From Christensenellaceae bacterium (GTDB lineage Bacteria > Bacillota > Clostridia > Christensenellales > Borkfalkiaceae): a stretch of 57,365 bases of DNA. A program made the translations under genes and the position numbers. Positions 18,858 to 27,724 of the stretch are shown here, one piece after another. The stretch is taken from positions 1 to 57,365 of the forward strand of contig JAZONZ010000018.1 of NCBI GenBank assembly GCA_045654765.1, given 5' to 3'. Within the stretch, counting starts at the first letter, position 1. The number at the start of each line of letters is the position of its first letter. The notes under the pieces were generated by a model, which did not search any database, was not told the origin of the DNA, and saw nothing but the letters and a program-made list of their open reading frames with translations.

Positions 18858-19018
18858 ATGAGATAGAGGTGCATTTATTTAATAGTAGAGCATATATTAC
18901 GTTGCCAAAACTTTGCTTGAAAGGAAATAGATGCCGAAGTTAAGTAAGGTGGCACTTATTTTGCTGGCAGTATAAATAACATTTATCCTGTTGTCGCAAC
19001 GTTTTTGCGGAGAGCTAT
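18858..19018 (+). promoter_or_regulatory. lysine riboswitch (L-box)
   Basis: Conserved L-box blocks occur in the right order: agaggtgc, gaaaggaaatagatgccgaag, cctgttgtc and gcggagagcta. A weak GU-rich hairpin plus T-run at ~19043-19072 follows. The element sits directly upstream of dapA. Confidence 0.8.
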
Positions 19019-19095
19019 TGTTTGTTATGATTTAAAATTTAACGGGGTGGCTTTCGTGCTGTCTCGTTTTTTGTTTGATATAAGGAGAGTTTATT

Positions 19096-19980
19096 ATGAG
19101 AAAACCTATTTTTACAGGCGCTGCTACCGCCATCGTTACACCACTTAATGAAAACGGTGTGGATTACAATCAATTTGAAAGACTTATCGAGTGGCAAATT
19201 GCAAGTGGTATTGATGCAATCGTAGTTGTTGGAACAACCGGCGAAGGCTCTACGTTAACAGATGAAGAACACAAACAAGTTATGAAGTTTTGTGTAGAAA
19301 AAGTAAATAAAAGAGTGCCGGTAATTGCAGGTACTGGTTCAAACGATATAGCCTATGCAATTTCCCTTACTAAATATGCTTGCGAAATAGGAGCAGATGC
19401 TATGCTTTTAGTTACGCCATATTACAATAAAGCAACGCAAAAGGGACTTATAGCTTCGTTTACTGCTATTGCTGATGCAAGTACAAAGCCTTGTATTTTA
19501 TATAACGTTCCATCAAGAACGGGTTGCAATTTACTTCCAGAAACGGTTAAAGTTTTAGCAAAACACCCTAACATTGTTGCTGTTAAGGAAGCAAGTGGAA
19601 ACATTTCTCAAATTGCAAAATTGGCACAACTTTGCGGTGATGAAATTGATATTTATTCTGGTAATGACGACCAAATCGTACCAGTTATGTCGCTTGGTGG
19701 AAAAGGCGTTATTTCAGTATTATCAAATATAATGCCAACTGAGACTAGTCAAATGTGTAAACTTTATTTAGAAGGCAAAGTTAAAGAGGCTTGCGATTTA
19801 CAACTTAAACTTTTACCACTAATTGACGCACTATTTTGTGAGGTTAATCCTATACCTGTTAAAGCGGCTGTTAGCAAAATGGGCTTTTGCGATAATTACG
19901 TAAGGTTGCCTTTAACTACTATGGAAAGTGGTAATGCTGAAAAACTTTACAATTTAATGCGTGAACAAAATTTAATTTAA
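19096..19980 (+). CDS. dapA: 4-hydroxy-tetrahydrodipicolinate synthase
   Basis: GAATAIVTPL...VVGTTGEGSTLT...AVKEASGN (the Schiff-base Lys context) is the canonical DapA sequence. Confidence 0.95.
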   Translation: MRKPIFTGAATAIVTPLNENGVDYNQFERLIEWQIASGIDAIVVVGTTGEGSTLTDEEHKQVMKFCVEKVNKRVPVIAGTGSNDIAYAISLTKYACEIGADAMLLVTPYYNKATQKGLIASFTAIADASTKPCILYNVPSRTGCNLLPETVKVLAKHPNIVAVKEASGNISQIAKLAQLCGDEIDIYSGNDDQIVPVMSLGGKGVISVLSNIMPTETSQMCKLYLEGKVKEACDLQLKLLPLIDALFCEVNPIPVKAAVSKMGFCDNYVRLPLTTMESGNAEKLYNLMREQNLI

Positions 19981-19990
19981 TAGGTGAATT

Positions 19991-20743
19991 ATGAATATAT
20001 TATTGAGTGGTTTTTGCGGTTTTATGGGTAAAGAAGTTATAAAACTATGCGAAAACAATTACGAAAACTGCAAAGTCGTATGCGGAGTAGATGCTTTTTG
20101 TAATCAAACTGAAAGCGTGCCTTGTTTTAAAACTTTTAACGAGGTAAACGTTGAAGTTGATTGTATCGTTGACTTTTCTCATCACACTGTTACAAAAAGT
20201 TTATTAGAATACGCCGTAAGTAAAAATATACCCGTAGTGCTTTGCACAACCGGACATACTGATGAAGAAAAGCAGTTAATTTATAGCGCTAGTAAAAATA
20301 TTCCTATATTTTATTCGGCAAATATGTCGATAGGCGTATCGTTACTCGTTGAACTTGCTAAAAAAACGGCAAGCGTTATGGGTGGCACTGATATTGAGAT
20401 TATTGAAAAGCATCATAATAGAAAAATTGATGCTCCAAGTGGTACTGCGCTTATGATATTCGAGGGGTTAAAAGAAGTTAGACCAAACGCAGTTGCGGTT
20501 ATGGGAAGAAGCGGTCAATCTAAAAGAGCGGACTGTAACGAAGTTGGTATACACTCGCTTCGTATGGGCAACGTCGTTGGCGAGCACGAAGTTATAATTT
20601 CTTCAAATAATCAAACTATAACCTTAAAACACGAGGCTCATAATCGTGGTTTATTTGCTGAAGGTGCGTTGGTTGCGGTAAACTTTATAACTAAACAAAA
20701 AACCGCTGGAATATACAATATGAAAAATATGTTAAATGGTTAA
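19991..20743 (+). CDS. dapB: 4-hydroxy-tetrahydrodipicolinate reductase
   Basis: EKHHNRKIDAPSGTA is the DapB signature. Confidence 0.93.
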   Translation: MNILLSGFCGFMGKEVIKLCENNYENCKVVCGVDAFCNQTESVPCFKTFNEVNVEVDCIVDFSHHTVTKSLLEYAVSKNIPVVLCTTGHTDEEKQLIYSASKNIPIFYSANMSIGVSLLVELAKKTASVMGGTDIEIIEKHHNRKIDAPSGTALMIFEGLKEVRPNAVAVMGRSGQSKRADCNEVGIHSLRMGNVVGEHEVIISSNNQTITLKHEAHNRGLFAEGALVAVNFITKQKTAGIYNMKNMLNG

Positions 20744-21725
20744 AATTATGAATATAGCAATTTACGGATACGGCAATTTAGGTAAAGGCGTTGAACTTGC
20801 AACTCTAAATAACAGTGATATAAATTTAGTTGGAGTGTTTACTCGTAGAGAGCCTTCAACTATAAAAACTCTAACGGGTGTAAACGTTTACTCGGCAAGT
20901 TCGTTAGATGAGTTTGAAAAGGATATTGACGTTTTAATAATTTGTGGTGGCTCGGCAACCGATTTACCTATTTTATCGCCAAGTTTAGCAAAAAAATTTA
21001 ATATCGTTGATAGTTTTGATACTCACGCAAAAATTCCTACTCATTTTGATAACGTTGATAGAAGTTGCATTGAAAGTGGGCATATAGCCTTAATATCGGC
21101 AGGTTGGGACCCTGGTATGTTTTCTCTTGCAAGATTGTATTCAATGGCAATACTTCCAAACGGCGAAGATTATACTTTTTGGGGAAGAGGTGTAAGTCAA
21201 GGGCATAGTGACGCTATTAGAAGAATAGACGGTGTTATTGATGCAAGGCAATATACCGTTCCTATAAGTGAGTCACTAGAAAGAGTAAGAAACGGCGAAC
21301 AACCTATTTTAACTACAAGGCAAAAACATAAAAGAGAGTGCTACGTTGTCGTAGAAGATGGTGCTGATAAAAGCAAAATAGAAAAAGAAATAGTAGAAAT
21401 GCCAAACTATTTTGCTGATTACGATACAACCGTTAATTTTATTTCATTAGAAGAATTAAAAGAAAAACATAGCGGAATTCCTCACGGAGGCTGTGTAATT
21501 AGAACGGGAAAGAGTGGGCTTAATAATGAAAACACTCACGTTATTGAGTATAATTTAAAATTAGATAGCAACCCAGAATTTACGGCAAGCGTGTTAGTTG
21601 CTTGCGCAAGAGCAATTTTCAAAATGTATAATAGAGGCGAAAGGGGTTGTAAGACAATGTTTGATTTATCGCCAGCCGATTTATCAAGTATGTCGCCAAG
21701 CGAAATAAGAAAAAAACTTTTATAG
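20736..21725 (+). CDS. ddh: meso-diaminopimelate D-dehydrogenase
   Basis: IAIYGYGNLGKG Rossmann N-terminus plus GWDPGMFS and WGRGVSQGHSDA blocks typical of Ddh. The alternative start at 20748 (MNIAIYGYG) is equally plausible. Confidence 0.85.
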   Translation: MVKIMNIAIYGYGNLGKGVELATLNNSDINLVGVFTRREPSTIKTLTGVNVYSASSLDEFEKDIDVLIICGGSATDLPILSPSLAKKFNIVDSFDTHAKIPTHFDNVDRSCIESGHIALISAGWDPGMFSLARLYSMAILPNGEDYTFWGRGVSQGHSDAIRRIDGVIDARQYTVPISESLERVRNGEQPILTTRQKHKRECYVVVEDGADKSKIEKEIVEMPNYFADYDTTVNFISLEELKEKHSGIPHGGCVIRTGKSGLNNENTHVIEYNLKLDSNPEFTASVLVACARAIFKMYNRGERGCKTMFDLSPADLSSMSPSEIRKKLL

Positions 21726-21732
21726 GTAACAA

Positions 21733-23043
21733 ATGGATAAAAATTTAATTTGTGATAATTTACAAATAGATAGCAATTATGAATTGACGTTTGCAGGAAT
21801 AAACACTCTTTCACTTGCAAAAAAATACGGCACTCCGCTTTACGTTGTTGACGAAAATAAGATAAGAGAAAATTGTCAAACTTATTACAATGCCGTAAAA
21901 AAAGGCTTTGGAGATAAGGGTGGAGTATTATATGCGTCAAAAGCATTATCTTTTAAGAAACTCTACACTATAATAAATGAAGAAAATTTAGGTATAGACG
22001 TTGTTTCAAGGGGCGAAATTTACACGGCAAAAATGTCAAACTTTCCACTTGAAAAGGCATATTTTCACTCAAACAATAAAACTGATGAAGATATAAAGTT
22101 TGCAATTGATAACGGCGTAGGCTATTTTGTAGTCGATAACAAAGAAGAACTTTTCTCAATAAACGAAATTTCGTATGATAAAGGAGTTAAAAGTAAGGTT
22201 TTATTAAGGTTAACTCCAGGCATTGACCCGCATACTTACGATGCTATTTCAACGGGAAAAGTAGACTCTAAGTTTGGTTTACCTATTGAAACGGGCAAGG
22301 CTTTTGAAATTACTGAACTTGCAACGTATTTAAGAAATATTGAACTCGTAGGTTTTCATTGTCACGTAGGCTCGCAGGTTTTTGATTCAAGCGTATATAT
22401 TCAAGCAACCGAAGTTATGCTTAACTTTATTAAAGAAGTTAAAGAAAAATTAGGCTATAAAACTCTTCAACTTGATTTGGGTGGCGGTTATGGTGTTAAA
22501 TATATAGAAAGTCAGCCAAAAATCAATATAGAAGATAATATTTTACAAGTAGCAAAGTTTATTGATAATAGATGTAAAGAGTTAAATATTGAAAAACCTT
22601 ATATTTTATTCGAGCCAGGTAGAAGTATCGTTGCCGATAGCGGAATAACTTTATATACGGTTGGCGCAGTTAAAAAAATTGAAGGTTATAAAAACTACGT
22701 TTCAGTTGACGGAGGTATGACTGATAATCCACGTTTTGCTTTATATAAAGCAGACTACACTATACTTCCAGCATATTATATGTATGGTCCAAACGATATG
22801 GAGTGTTCAGTTGTTGGAAGATGTTGTGAAAGTGGCGATATTATTCAAGAAAACGTTAAATTACCTTCGACTATTAAACGTGGTGACGTTATTGCTTGTT
22901 TAACGACCGGCGCTTATAATTATTCAATGAGTTCAAATTACAACAAAGTTGAAAAACCACCTATCGTAATGGTAAAAGACGGAGTTGATTATTTGGCGGT
23001 TAAAAGACAATCTCTTGAAGATATGATTAAAAATGAAATTTAA
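21733..23043 (+). CDS. lysA: diaminopimelate decarboxylase
   Basis: YASKALS PLP-Lys context, HCHVGSQ, GGGYG, EPGRSIVA and CESGD are canonical LysA motifs. Confidence 0.95.
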   Translation: MDKNLICDNLQIDSNYELTFAGINTLSLAKKYGTPLYVVDENKIRENCQTYYNAVKKGFGDKGGVLYASKALSFKKLYTIINEENLGIDVVSRGEIYTAKMSNFPLEKAYFHSNNKTDEDIKFAIDNGVGYFVVDNKEELFSINEISYDKGVKSKVLLRLTPGIDPHTYDAISTGKVDSKFGLPIETGKAFEITELATYLRNIELVGFHCHVGSQVFDSSVYIQATEVMLNFIKEVKEKLGYKTLQLDLGGGYGVKYIESQPKINIEDNILQVAKFIDNRCKELNIEKPYILFEPGRSIVADSGITLYTVGAVKKIEGYKNYVSVDGGMTDNPRFALYKADYTILPAYYMYGPNDMECSVVGRCCESGDIIQENVKLPSTIKRGDVIACLTTGAYNYSMSSNYNKVEKPPIVMVKDGVDYLAVKRQSLEDMIKNEI

Positions 23044-23051
23044 TATTTGAA

Positions 23052-23091
23052 AAGGCACTTATTTTAAAAAATTAAAATAAGTGCCTTTTTT
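23052..23091 (+). terminator. intrinsic terminator of the lysine operon
   Basis: 15-bp stem aaggcacttatttta/taaaataagtgcctt, 6-nt loop, T-run. Confidence 0.85.
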
Positions 23092-23205
23092 ATGTTTGTT
23101 TTCAATTCATTAAGCATTGACAAACAAAATTTAAAGGTTTATAATGAATATTACTTAGAACAAATAAAACAATAAGTAATATAATATACATATAAAGAGG
23201 TTTTT

Positions 23206-24465
23206 ATGGGCGGAGATTTAGGAGCAGTAAGCGGAGCAAACGTAAATATAACTACTATACTTTTAATAGTAATAGTGGTGTTTAGTTTATTAGGATTTAT
23301 TCTTGGTATTAAGCGTGGCTTAAGAAGAAGTGTTTTTAGATTTATTTTAACCTTAGCGGTTATTTTATTTTCATATTTTGCAAATAAAAATATCGTAGCG
23401 TGGTTATTTAATTTAAACGTAAACGGCGCAACGTTATTAGAAACAATTTCCACGATGCTTCCAGCAGAAATGGCAAGTTTAGCGGGAATTATTATGATTC
23501 TTATAGAAGTTATAGCAGGACTCATAGTGTTTATTCTTTCAGTTTTATTATTACATTTTGCGTCTTGGTTAGTTTATGGCATTTTAAAGTTTATAATTCC
23601 AAGAGGGGAAAAGAAAAAACGTTTTGCGGGCGGTATCGTTGGTCTTTTAGGTGGCGCTATTTTGTCTTTTTCTTTAATACTTCCTATAAATGCTTTTGCC
23701 GTTGACGTTGTAAAATTTTCAAGCATACAAATAAACGGCACGTCTATTGTTGACGTTCAAACGATAGGTTTAAACGATTACGTTGAATCGGACTTTTCAA
23801 AGACGTTAAACGTTATAGGTGCTCCTATTTATCACGAATTAACAAAATCTAAAAACGCAAACGGTGAAGACGTATCGCTTTCAGGCATTATAGATTCAGT
23901 TAACTCTTCAATGAAAATTGTAGAAGAAATTGGCAACCTTGCAAACGTAGATTTTAGCGGTGGTCTAAATGACGATAATATTGCAAGTTTAAAAGATGCT
24001 TTTATTGCTATTGACGAGCATAAAAATGAAATAGACCCTGTGATTTTAGATGCTATGATAGGTGTTGTGGGCGAGGTTATTCCAGATGCAAATATAAATA
24101 CTGACGGAATAGATTTAAAAGACGTAAACTTTACACAAGAGGCGGAACTTATTGAAAGTTTGCACCAAATTTCGCAAGGGACAAGTGAGGCAAGCGTTAC
24201 GGACACCATTAACGCATTAGCGGACAGTACGTTAATATTACCTGTTGCTGAAAACTCTAAAATAGTAGTTAATCTTGAAGGCGAAGAAAAGGCGGAAGCA
24301 TTAGAGGCTATTAACGCACTTACTGACGAAAATAAAAAGACAACGCTACTTAAATTATTTGGTGAAATTGCTTACGAAGAAAACACTGAAACCGGAACGG
24401 GTGGCGAAGGTGCTGGTGAAGGCGGTGGTGAAGGCGAAGGTGCTGGCGAACCTGCCGTTGAATAA
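23206..24465 (+). CDS. membrane protein with a CvpA-like N-terminal TM region and an acidic G/E-rich tail
   Basis: N-terminal TM helices with a GIKRGLRRSVFRF motif as in the CvpA family. The C-terminus is GTGGEGAGEGGGEGEGAGE. Confidence 0.5.
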   Translation: MGGDLGAVSGANVNITTILLIVIVVFSLLGFILGIKRGLRRSVFRFILTLAVILFSYFANKNIVAWLFNLNVNGATLLETISTMLPAEMASLAGIIMILIEVIAGLIVFILSVLLLHFASWLVYGILKFIIPRGEKKKRFAGGIVGLLGGAILSFSLILPINAFAVDVVKFSSIQINGTSIVDVQTIGLNDYVESDFSKTLNVIGAPIYHELTKSKNANGEDVSLSGIIDSVNSSMKIVEEIGNLANVDFSGGLNDDNIASLKDAFIAIDEHKNEIDPVILDAMIGVVGEVIPDANINTDGIDLKDVNFTQEAELIESLHQISQGTSEASVTDTINALADSTLILPVAENSKIVVNLEGEEKAEALEAINALTDENKKTTLLKLFGEIAYEENTETGTGGEGAGEGGGEGEGAGEPAVE

Positions 24466-24514
24466 TAATTGCGAAAAATAACGAATTTAAAAAGCGACCT
24501 TTTTAGGAGGTGTT

Positions 24515-25429
24515 ATGAAATTTACTTTTACCATAAAAGATGGCGTTTTGGAAAAATATAACGCGCCTATTTTAGGTTGTGACTCTATTGTAAACGTTCC
24601 CGAGGGCGTTACCCAAATTGCTAAATCAGCCTTTTATTACATACGTGGAATAGATTCCGTAGAACTTCCTAACAGCGTGAAACGTATCGGCGAAGACTGC
24701 TTTTATATGTGTGAAGGTATGGGAAAAATTCAAATGCCCACTTATTTAGAGGAACTTGGAGCACGAGCGTTTGCTCATTGTCATCAACTTGAAAAAATAG
24801 TTATTCCAGAGGGTGTTAGTAAAATTTACACCAACACGTTTTATAAGTGCGAAAATTTGCAAGAAGTGTTTTTCCCACGTTCGCTTACTCATATTGAGAG
24901 TGGGGCTTTTAGCGGTTGTTATATGTTACGTAAATATTATTATATGGGTACTGACGCCGAGTGGGATAAAAACGTAACTTGTTCGGTAGGTAGAGGGTTA
25001 ATCGTTTGTCTTGGTTATGACGAAAGTGAAAAAGAAAAAATCAATCTTGACGACTATACTATTGAAGACGGCGTACTTATAGATTATTTTGGCGACAAAA
25101 CAACGGTTTTTGTTCCTGACGGCGTGCATACGATTGCATCAAGTGCATTTCGTGGAATTTTTCGTGATAATCTTATGTATCGCCTTATTTTGCCCGAAGG
25201 TGTTGTTAATATAGAAGAACATGCGTTTGAGTTTGAAGAATTGTTTACTGAAATAGTTATACCGAAAAGCCTTAAAAGTATACCACAAAACGCTTTCTTT
25301 TGTTCAAGAACTGACGGTGTAAAAGTTGTTTATAAAGGCACGAAAGAAGAGTGGCGTAGTGTGAAAGACGATATTAAAATAGAAAATATATGTATTGTCG
25401 AGTGTATAGACGGGGAATATAAAGAATAA
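24515..25429 (+). CDS. leucine-rich repeat (BspA-type) protein with no signal peptide
   Basis: Repeated blocks of the form V.IPEGVT.I...AF..C..L..I.LP.SL..I, about 23 aa each. Confidence 0.75.
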   Translation: MKFTFTIKDGVLEKYNAPILGCDSIVNVPEGVTQIAKSAFYYIRGIDSVELPNSVKRIGEDCFYMCEGMGKIQMPTYLEELGARAFAHCHQLEKIVIPEGVSKIYTNTFYKCENLQEVFFPRSLTHIESGAFSGCYMLRKYYYMGTDAEWDKNVTCSVGRGLIVCLGYDESEKEKINLDDYTIEDGVLIDYFGDKTTVFVPDGVHTIASSAFRGIFRDNLMYRLILPEGVVNIEEHAFEFEELFTEIVIPKSLKSIPQNAFFCSRTDGVKVVYKGTKEEWRSVKDDIKIENICIVECIDGEYKE

Positions 25430-25436
25430 TTTTAAA

Positions 25437-25460
25437 AAAACGTTTACGCTCAAACGTTTT
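25437..25460 (-). terminator. hairpin terminator serving the minus-strand gene 25563-26477
   Basis: aaaacgttt-acgctc-aaacgtttt, with a T-run when read on the minus strand. Confidence 0.6.
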
Positions 25461-25489
25461 TAACAATTTTTATATTTTGCAAATAATAT

Positions 25490-25536
25490 AACCCGCAATA
25501 TTTCGTAAAAAGCGAAATATTGCGGGTTGGTTTTTT
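25490..25536 (+). terminator. intrinsic terminator of the LRR gene
   Basis: 16-bp stem aacccgcaatatttcg/cgaaatattgcgggtt followed by ggtttttt. Confidence 0.8.
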
Positions 25537-25562
25537 AACTAAAAAGTCCTTAAATAAATTCT

Positions 25563-26477
25563 TTATTTATTTTCGTTTTCTATATGATATTTAATTTGGT
25601 CTTCTATCCAGTAAGTAAATTTTGTATTTGTTAAAGTTTTTTCGTAAGGCTTGATATTTTTATAATGAACTGCGCCGTCTATTTGACTTTCCCAAATATC
25701 AGCAAAGCAAAAATCGTAGTCTTTATTATTTGCTTTGCTTAAATAGGCTATCGCATCGGCTTTTACAATTTTAATTTTGTCTTTATAAGGAAAATAAGGT
25801 AAAATATATTTCTCAAACAAGTCGATAATAGTAGGCTCAATTTCTACGATAGTTATGCTTTTTACTTGTTCTTTTAGCGATACCATAAAAGGATAATAAC
25901 CAAGACCTAAGCCTAAAACTAAAACTTTGCCGTAGGCTAAATCAATTTGCTGTTGCATAGAATAAATCTCTGATGGACAAATACTCATCCAAGGCACGTC
26001 GCCTTCGTAAATGGTTGGAAAAGTTACGTCTTCAGTAAAAAAACCTAATTTTGGAACGACTAACGGCTTAGTGAAATCGGGATAGTCGTATTGAAAAAAT
26101 TCCCCCTTTGCATAGTCGCAATTAGTTAAAAGTAAATTGCCTATTTTTACCGTTGGAACTTTTTTAATTGCTTGTAAATACTTATCGTCTAAAAACCATT
26201 GTTTAGTAAATTTCTTTGCATTTTTAAATATTAAAGAAAGGTATTCTTTATCAGCGTATTGTTTAACAAAAGTTGCATTTAAAAAATTATTTATAATGAA
26301 AAATTTTTCAAAATCGCCGTCATAAAATCCATCGTCACTAAGTGCTAAAAGCATTTCGGAAGTGTATAATTTTTTAGCATTTTCTAAATCTTTATTAGTG
26401 TAGGGAAAATACGGCACGTCATTTATTATTATGCTAGTTATATGTTGTTGTAATTGTAAACTTTTTTCTTTATTCAT
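25563..26477 (-). CDS. spermidine-synthase-like class I methyltransferase-fold protein
   Basis: VLVLGLGLGYYPF, ITIVEIEP and FCFADIWE resemble the aminopropyltransferase/MTase core. The N-terminal ~170 aa are unassigned. Confidence 0.5.
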   Translation of the reverse strand: MNKEKSLQLQQHITSIIINDVPYFPYTNKDLENAKKLYTSEMLLALSDDGFYDGDFEKFFIINNFLNATFVKQYADKEYLSLIFKNAKKFTKQWFLDDKYLQAIKKVPTVKIGNLLLTNCDYAKGEFFQYDYPDFTKPLVVPKLGFFTEDVTFPTIYEGDVPWMSICPSEIYSMQQQIDLAYGKVLVLGLGLGYYPFMVSLKEQVKSITIVEIEPTIIDLFEKYILPYFPYKDKIKIVKADAIAYLSKANNKDYDFCFADIWESQIDGAVHYKNIKPYEKTLTNTKFTYWIEDQIKYHIENENK

Positions 26478-26498
26478 AATGTTTTACCACTTTAAAAA

Positions 26499-26519
26499 AT
26501 GCGTTGCTGAGCAACGCAT
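26499..26519 (-). terminator. intrinsic terminator downstream of dfx
   Basis: atgcgttgc-tga-gcaacgcat, with a T-run on the minus strand. Confidence 0.75.
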
Positions 26520-26522
26520 TTT

Positions 26523-26891
26523 CTATGCTTTCCAAACGCCGTGCTTATTGCAAAATTCGTAAACACCTGTAACGTTTTCATTATCGCTTAAAACAAATTC
26601 AGCGTAAGGCTTTGTATCGGGCTGTAAATATTTTACTTGATAGCCTAAGTTTGTTTCAACTATTATCCATTTAATATAATGGTCGCTAACCATAGGGTGT
26701 TCAACAGAACCGATACTTACTTTAACTAAACTACCATCTATACTATATACAGGAAGGTGTTTTTCAGTAGCACCGTCAAAAGTGTTAGGGGCTATTTCTT
26801 TCATTTTTTCGCCACAGCACGTTACGGGTACGCCCGTATTTTCAAGATACGTTATAATATTTTTACAATGATTACAAATATATAATTTCAT
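26523..26891 (-). CDS. dfx: desulfoferrodoxin (2Fe superoxide reductase)
   Basis: N-terminal desulforedoxin-type CNHCKN...CCGEKM. Centre II ligand contexts KHLPV, EHPM, HYIKW and CNKHG. Confidence 0.9.
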   Translation of the reverse strand: MKLYICNHCKNIITYLENTGVPVTCCGEKMKEIAPNTFDGATEKHLPVYSIDGSLVKVSIGSVEHPMVSDHYIKWIIVETNLGYQVKYLQPDTKPYAEFVLSDNENVTGVYEFCNKHGVWKA

Positions 26892-26906
26892 TTTTTTATC
26901 CCCCCA

Positions 26907-27554
26907 TTATTTTTGTAATTCAAAATCGCTTTTTGGATGTTTACATAAAGGACAAGTCCAACTATCAGGTAATTCTTCAAAAGGAATTTTTTCTACGTTA
27001 TCATCATAGGTATAACCGCAAATTTTACACACCCAAACTTTTTTAGCGTTTTGCTTACCCGTTTCAACTTTTTTAGGTTTTGGCTTTATATTAGATAAAT
27101 AATATTCGTAAGTTAACGATGGCTCGTCACTTAAAACCTTACTTTCAGTAACGTTTGCTATAATCATAACGTGAGTGCCTAAATCAATATATTTATCTAC
27201 GTTTGCTGAAATAAAAGCGTTTGTTCCTTTTGTAATATAAGGCAAACCATTTTCGCTATAACTATGCTCAAAATTAGATAGTTTATCTACCTTTTTACCA
27301 CTTTGGAAACCAAAATTTTGAAATACGTCAAAAGTAGAACTTGTAGAAAGCATAGAAACGTTAAACTTGCCTGATTGTATTATGATATCAAGCGTGTAAT
27401 TATTTTTGTTAATGCAAATGCTTATTTTTAGTGGCGAAGACGTTACTTGAATTGCCGTATTTATAATGCAACCATTTTCTTTTCCACCCTTTGAAGTTAA
27501 AACAAAAAGTCCGTATGAAAATTTGTATAATGCTTTATTATCTATATTACTCAT
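26907..27554 (-). CDS. flavin reductase domain fused to a C-terminal rubredoxin (high-molecular-weight rubredoxin, Hrb-like)
   Basis: Flavin-reductase-like core (YGLFVLTS...NGCIINT) plus [12 protein letters not shown]...[14 protein letters not shown] placed the start at the ATG at 27554, since the track start at 27578 is a TTG. Confidence 0.85.
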   Translation of the reverse strand: MSNIDNKALYKFSYGLFVLTSKGGKENGCIINTAIQVTSSPLKISICINKNNYTLDIIIQSGKFNVSMLSTSSTFDVFQNFGFQSGKKVDKLSNFEHSYSENGLPYITKGTNAFISANVDKYIDLGTHVMIIANVTESKVLSDEPSLTYEYYLSNIKPKPKKVETGKQNAKKVWVCKICGYTYDDNVEKIPFEELPDSWTCPLCKHPKSDFELQK

Positions 27555-27560
27555 AATTGT

Positions 27561-27569
27561 ATTATAACA
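27561..27569 (-). promoter_or_regulatory. extended -10 box (TGTTATAAT) 6 nt upstream of the hrb-like ATG; likely leaderless transcript
   Basis: The minus strand reads tgttataat-acaatt-ATG. There is no SD sequence between the box and the ATG. Confidence 0.5.
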
Positions 27570-27586
27570 TAAAGACAATTAAATTT

Positions 27587-27604
27587 TTGTTGCAATCGCA
27601 ACAA
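27587..27604. promoter_or_regulatory. 18-bp perfect palindrome TTGTTGCAATCGCAACAA in a divergent promoter region
   Basis: It sits over the -35 position of the hrb-dfx promoter and upstream of the divergent FAD-oxidoreductase gene. The half-sites resemble Rex-type TTGTxxx half-sites. Confidence 0.5.
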
Positions 27605-27724
27605 TTTTTTAATTATTTTTAAGTGAGAGTGAATAATAAAATTTAAACAATTTGCGTAAATGGTGGACAAAACTATAAAGGTATGTTAAAATTAAAAAGT
27701 TAAATAGAAAAAGAGGGCGTTATT

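Noticed and set aside
24385-24465. Tandem ggtgaaggc/ggtgctggc DNA repeats
   Set aside because: They encode the G/E/A-rich tail (GGEGAGEGGGEGEGAGE) of the membrane protein. This is in-frame low-complexity coding sequence, not an independent repeat element.
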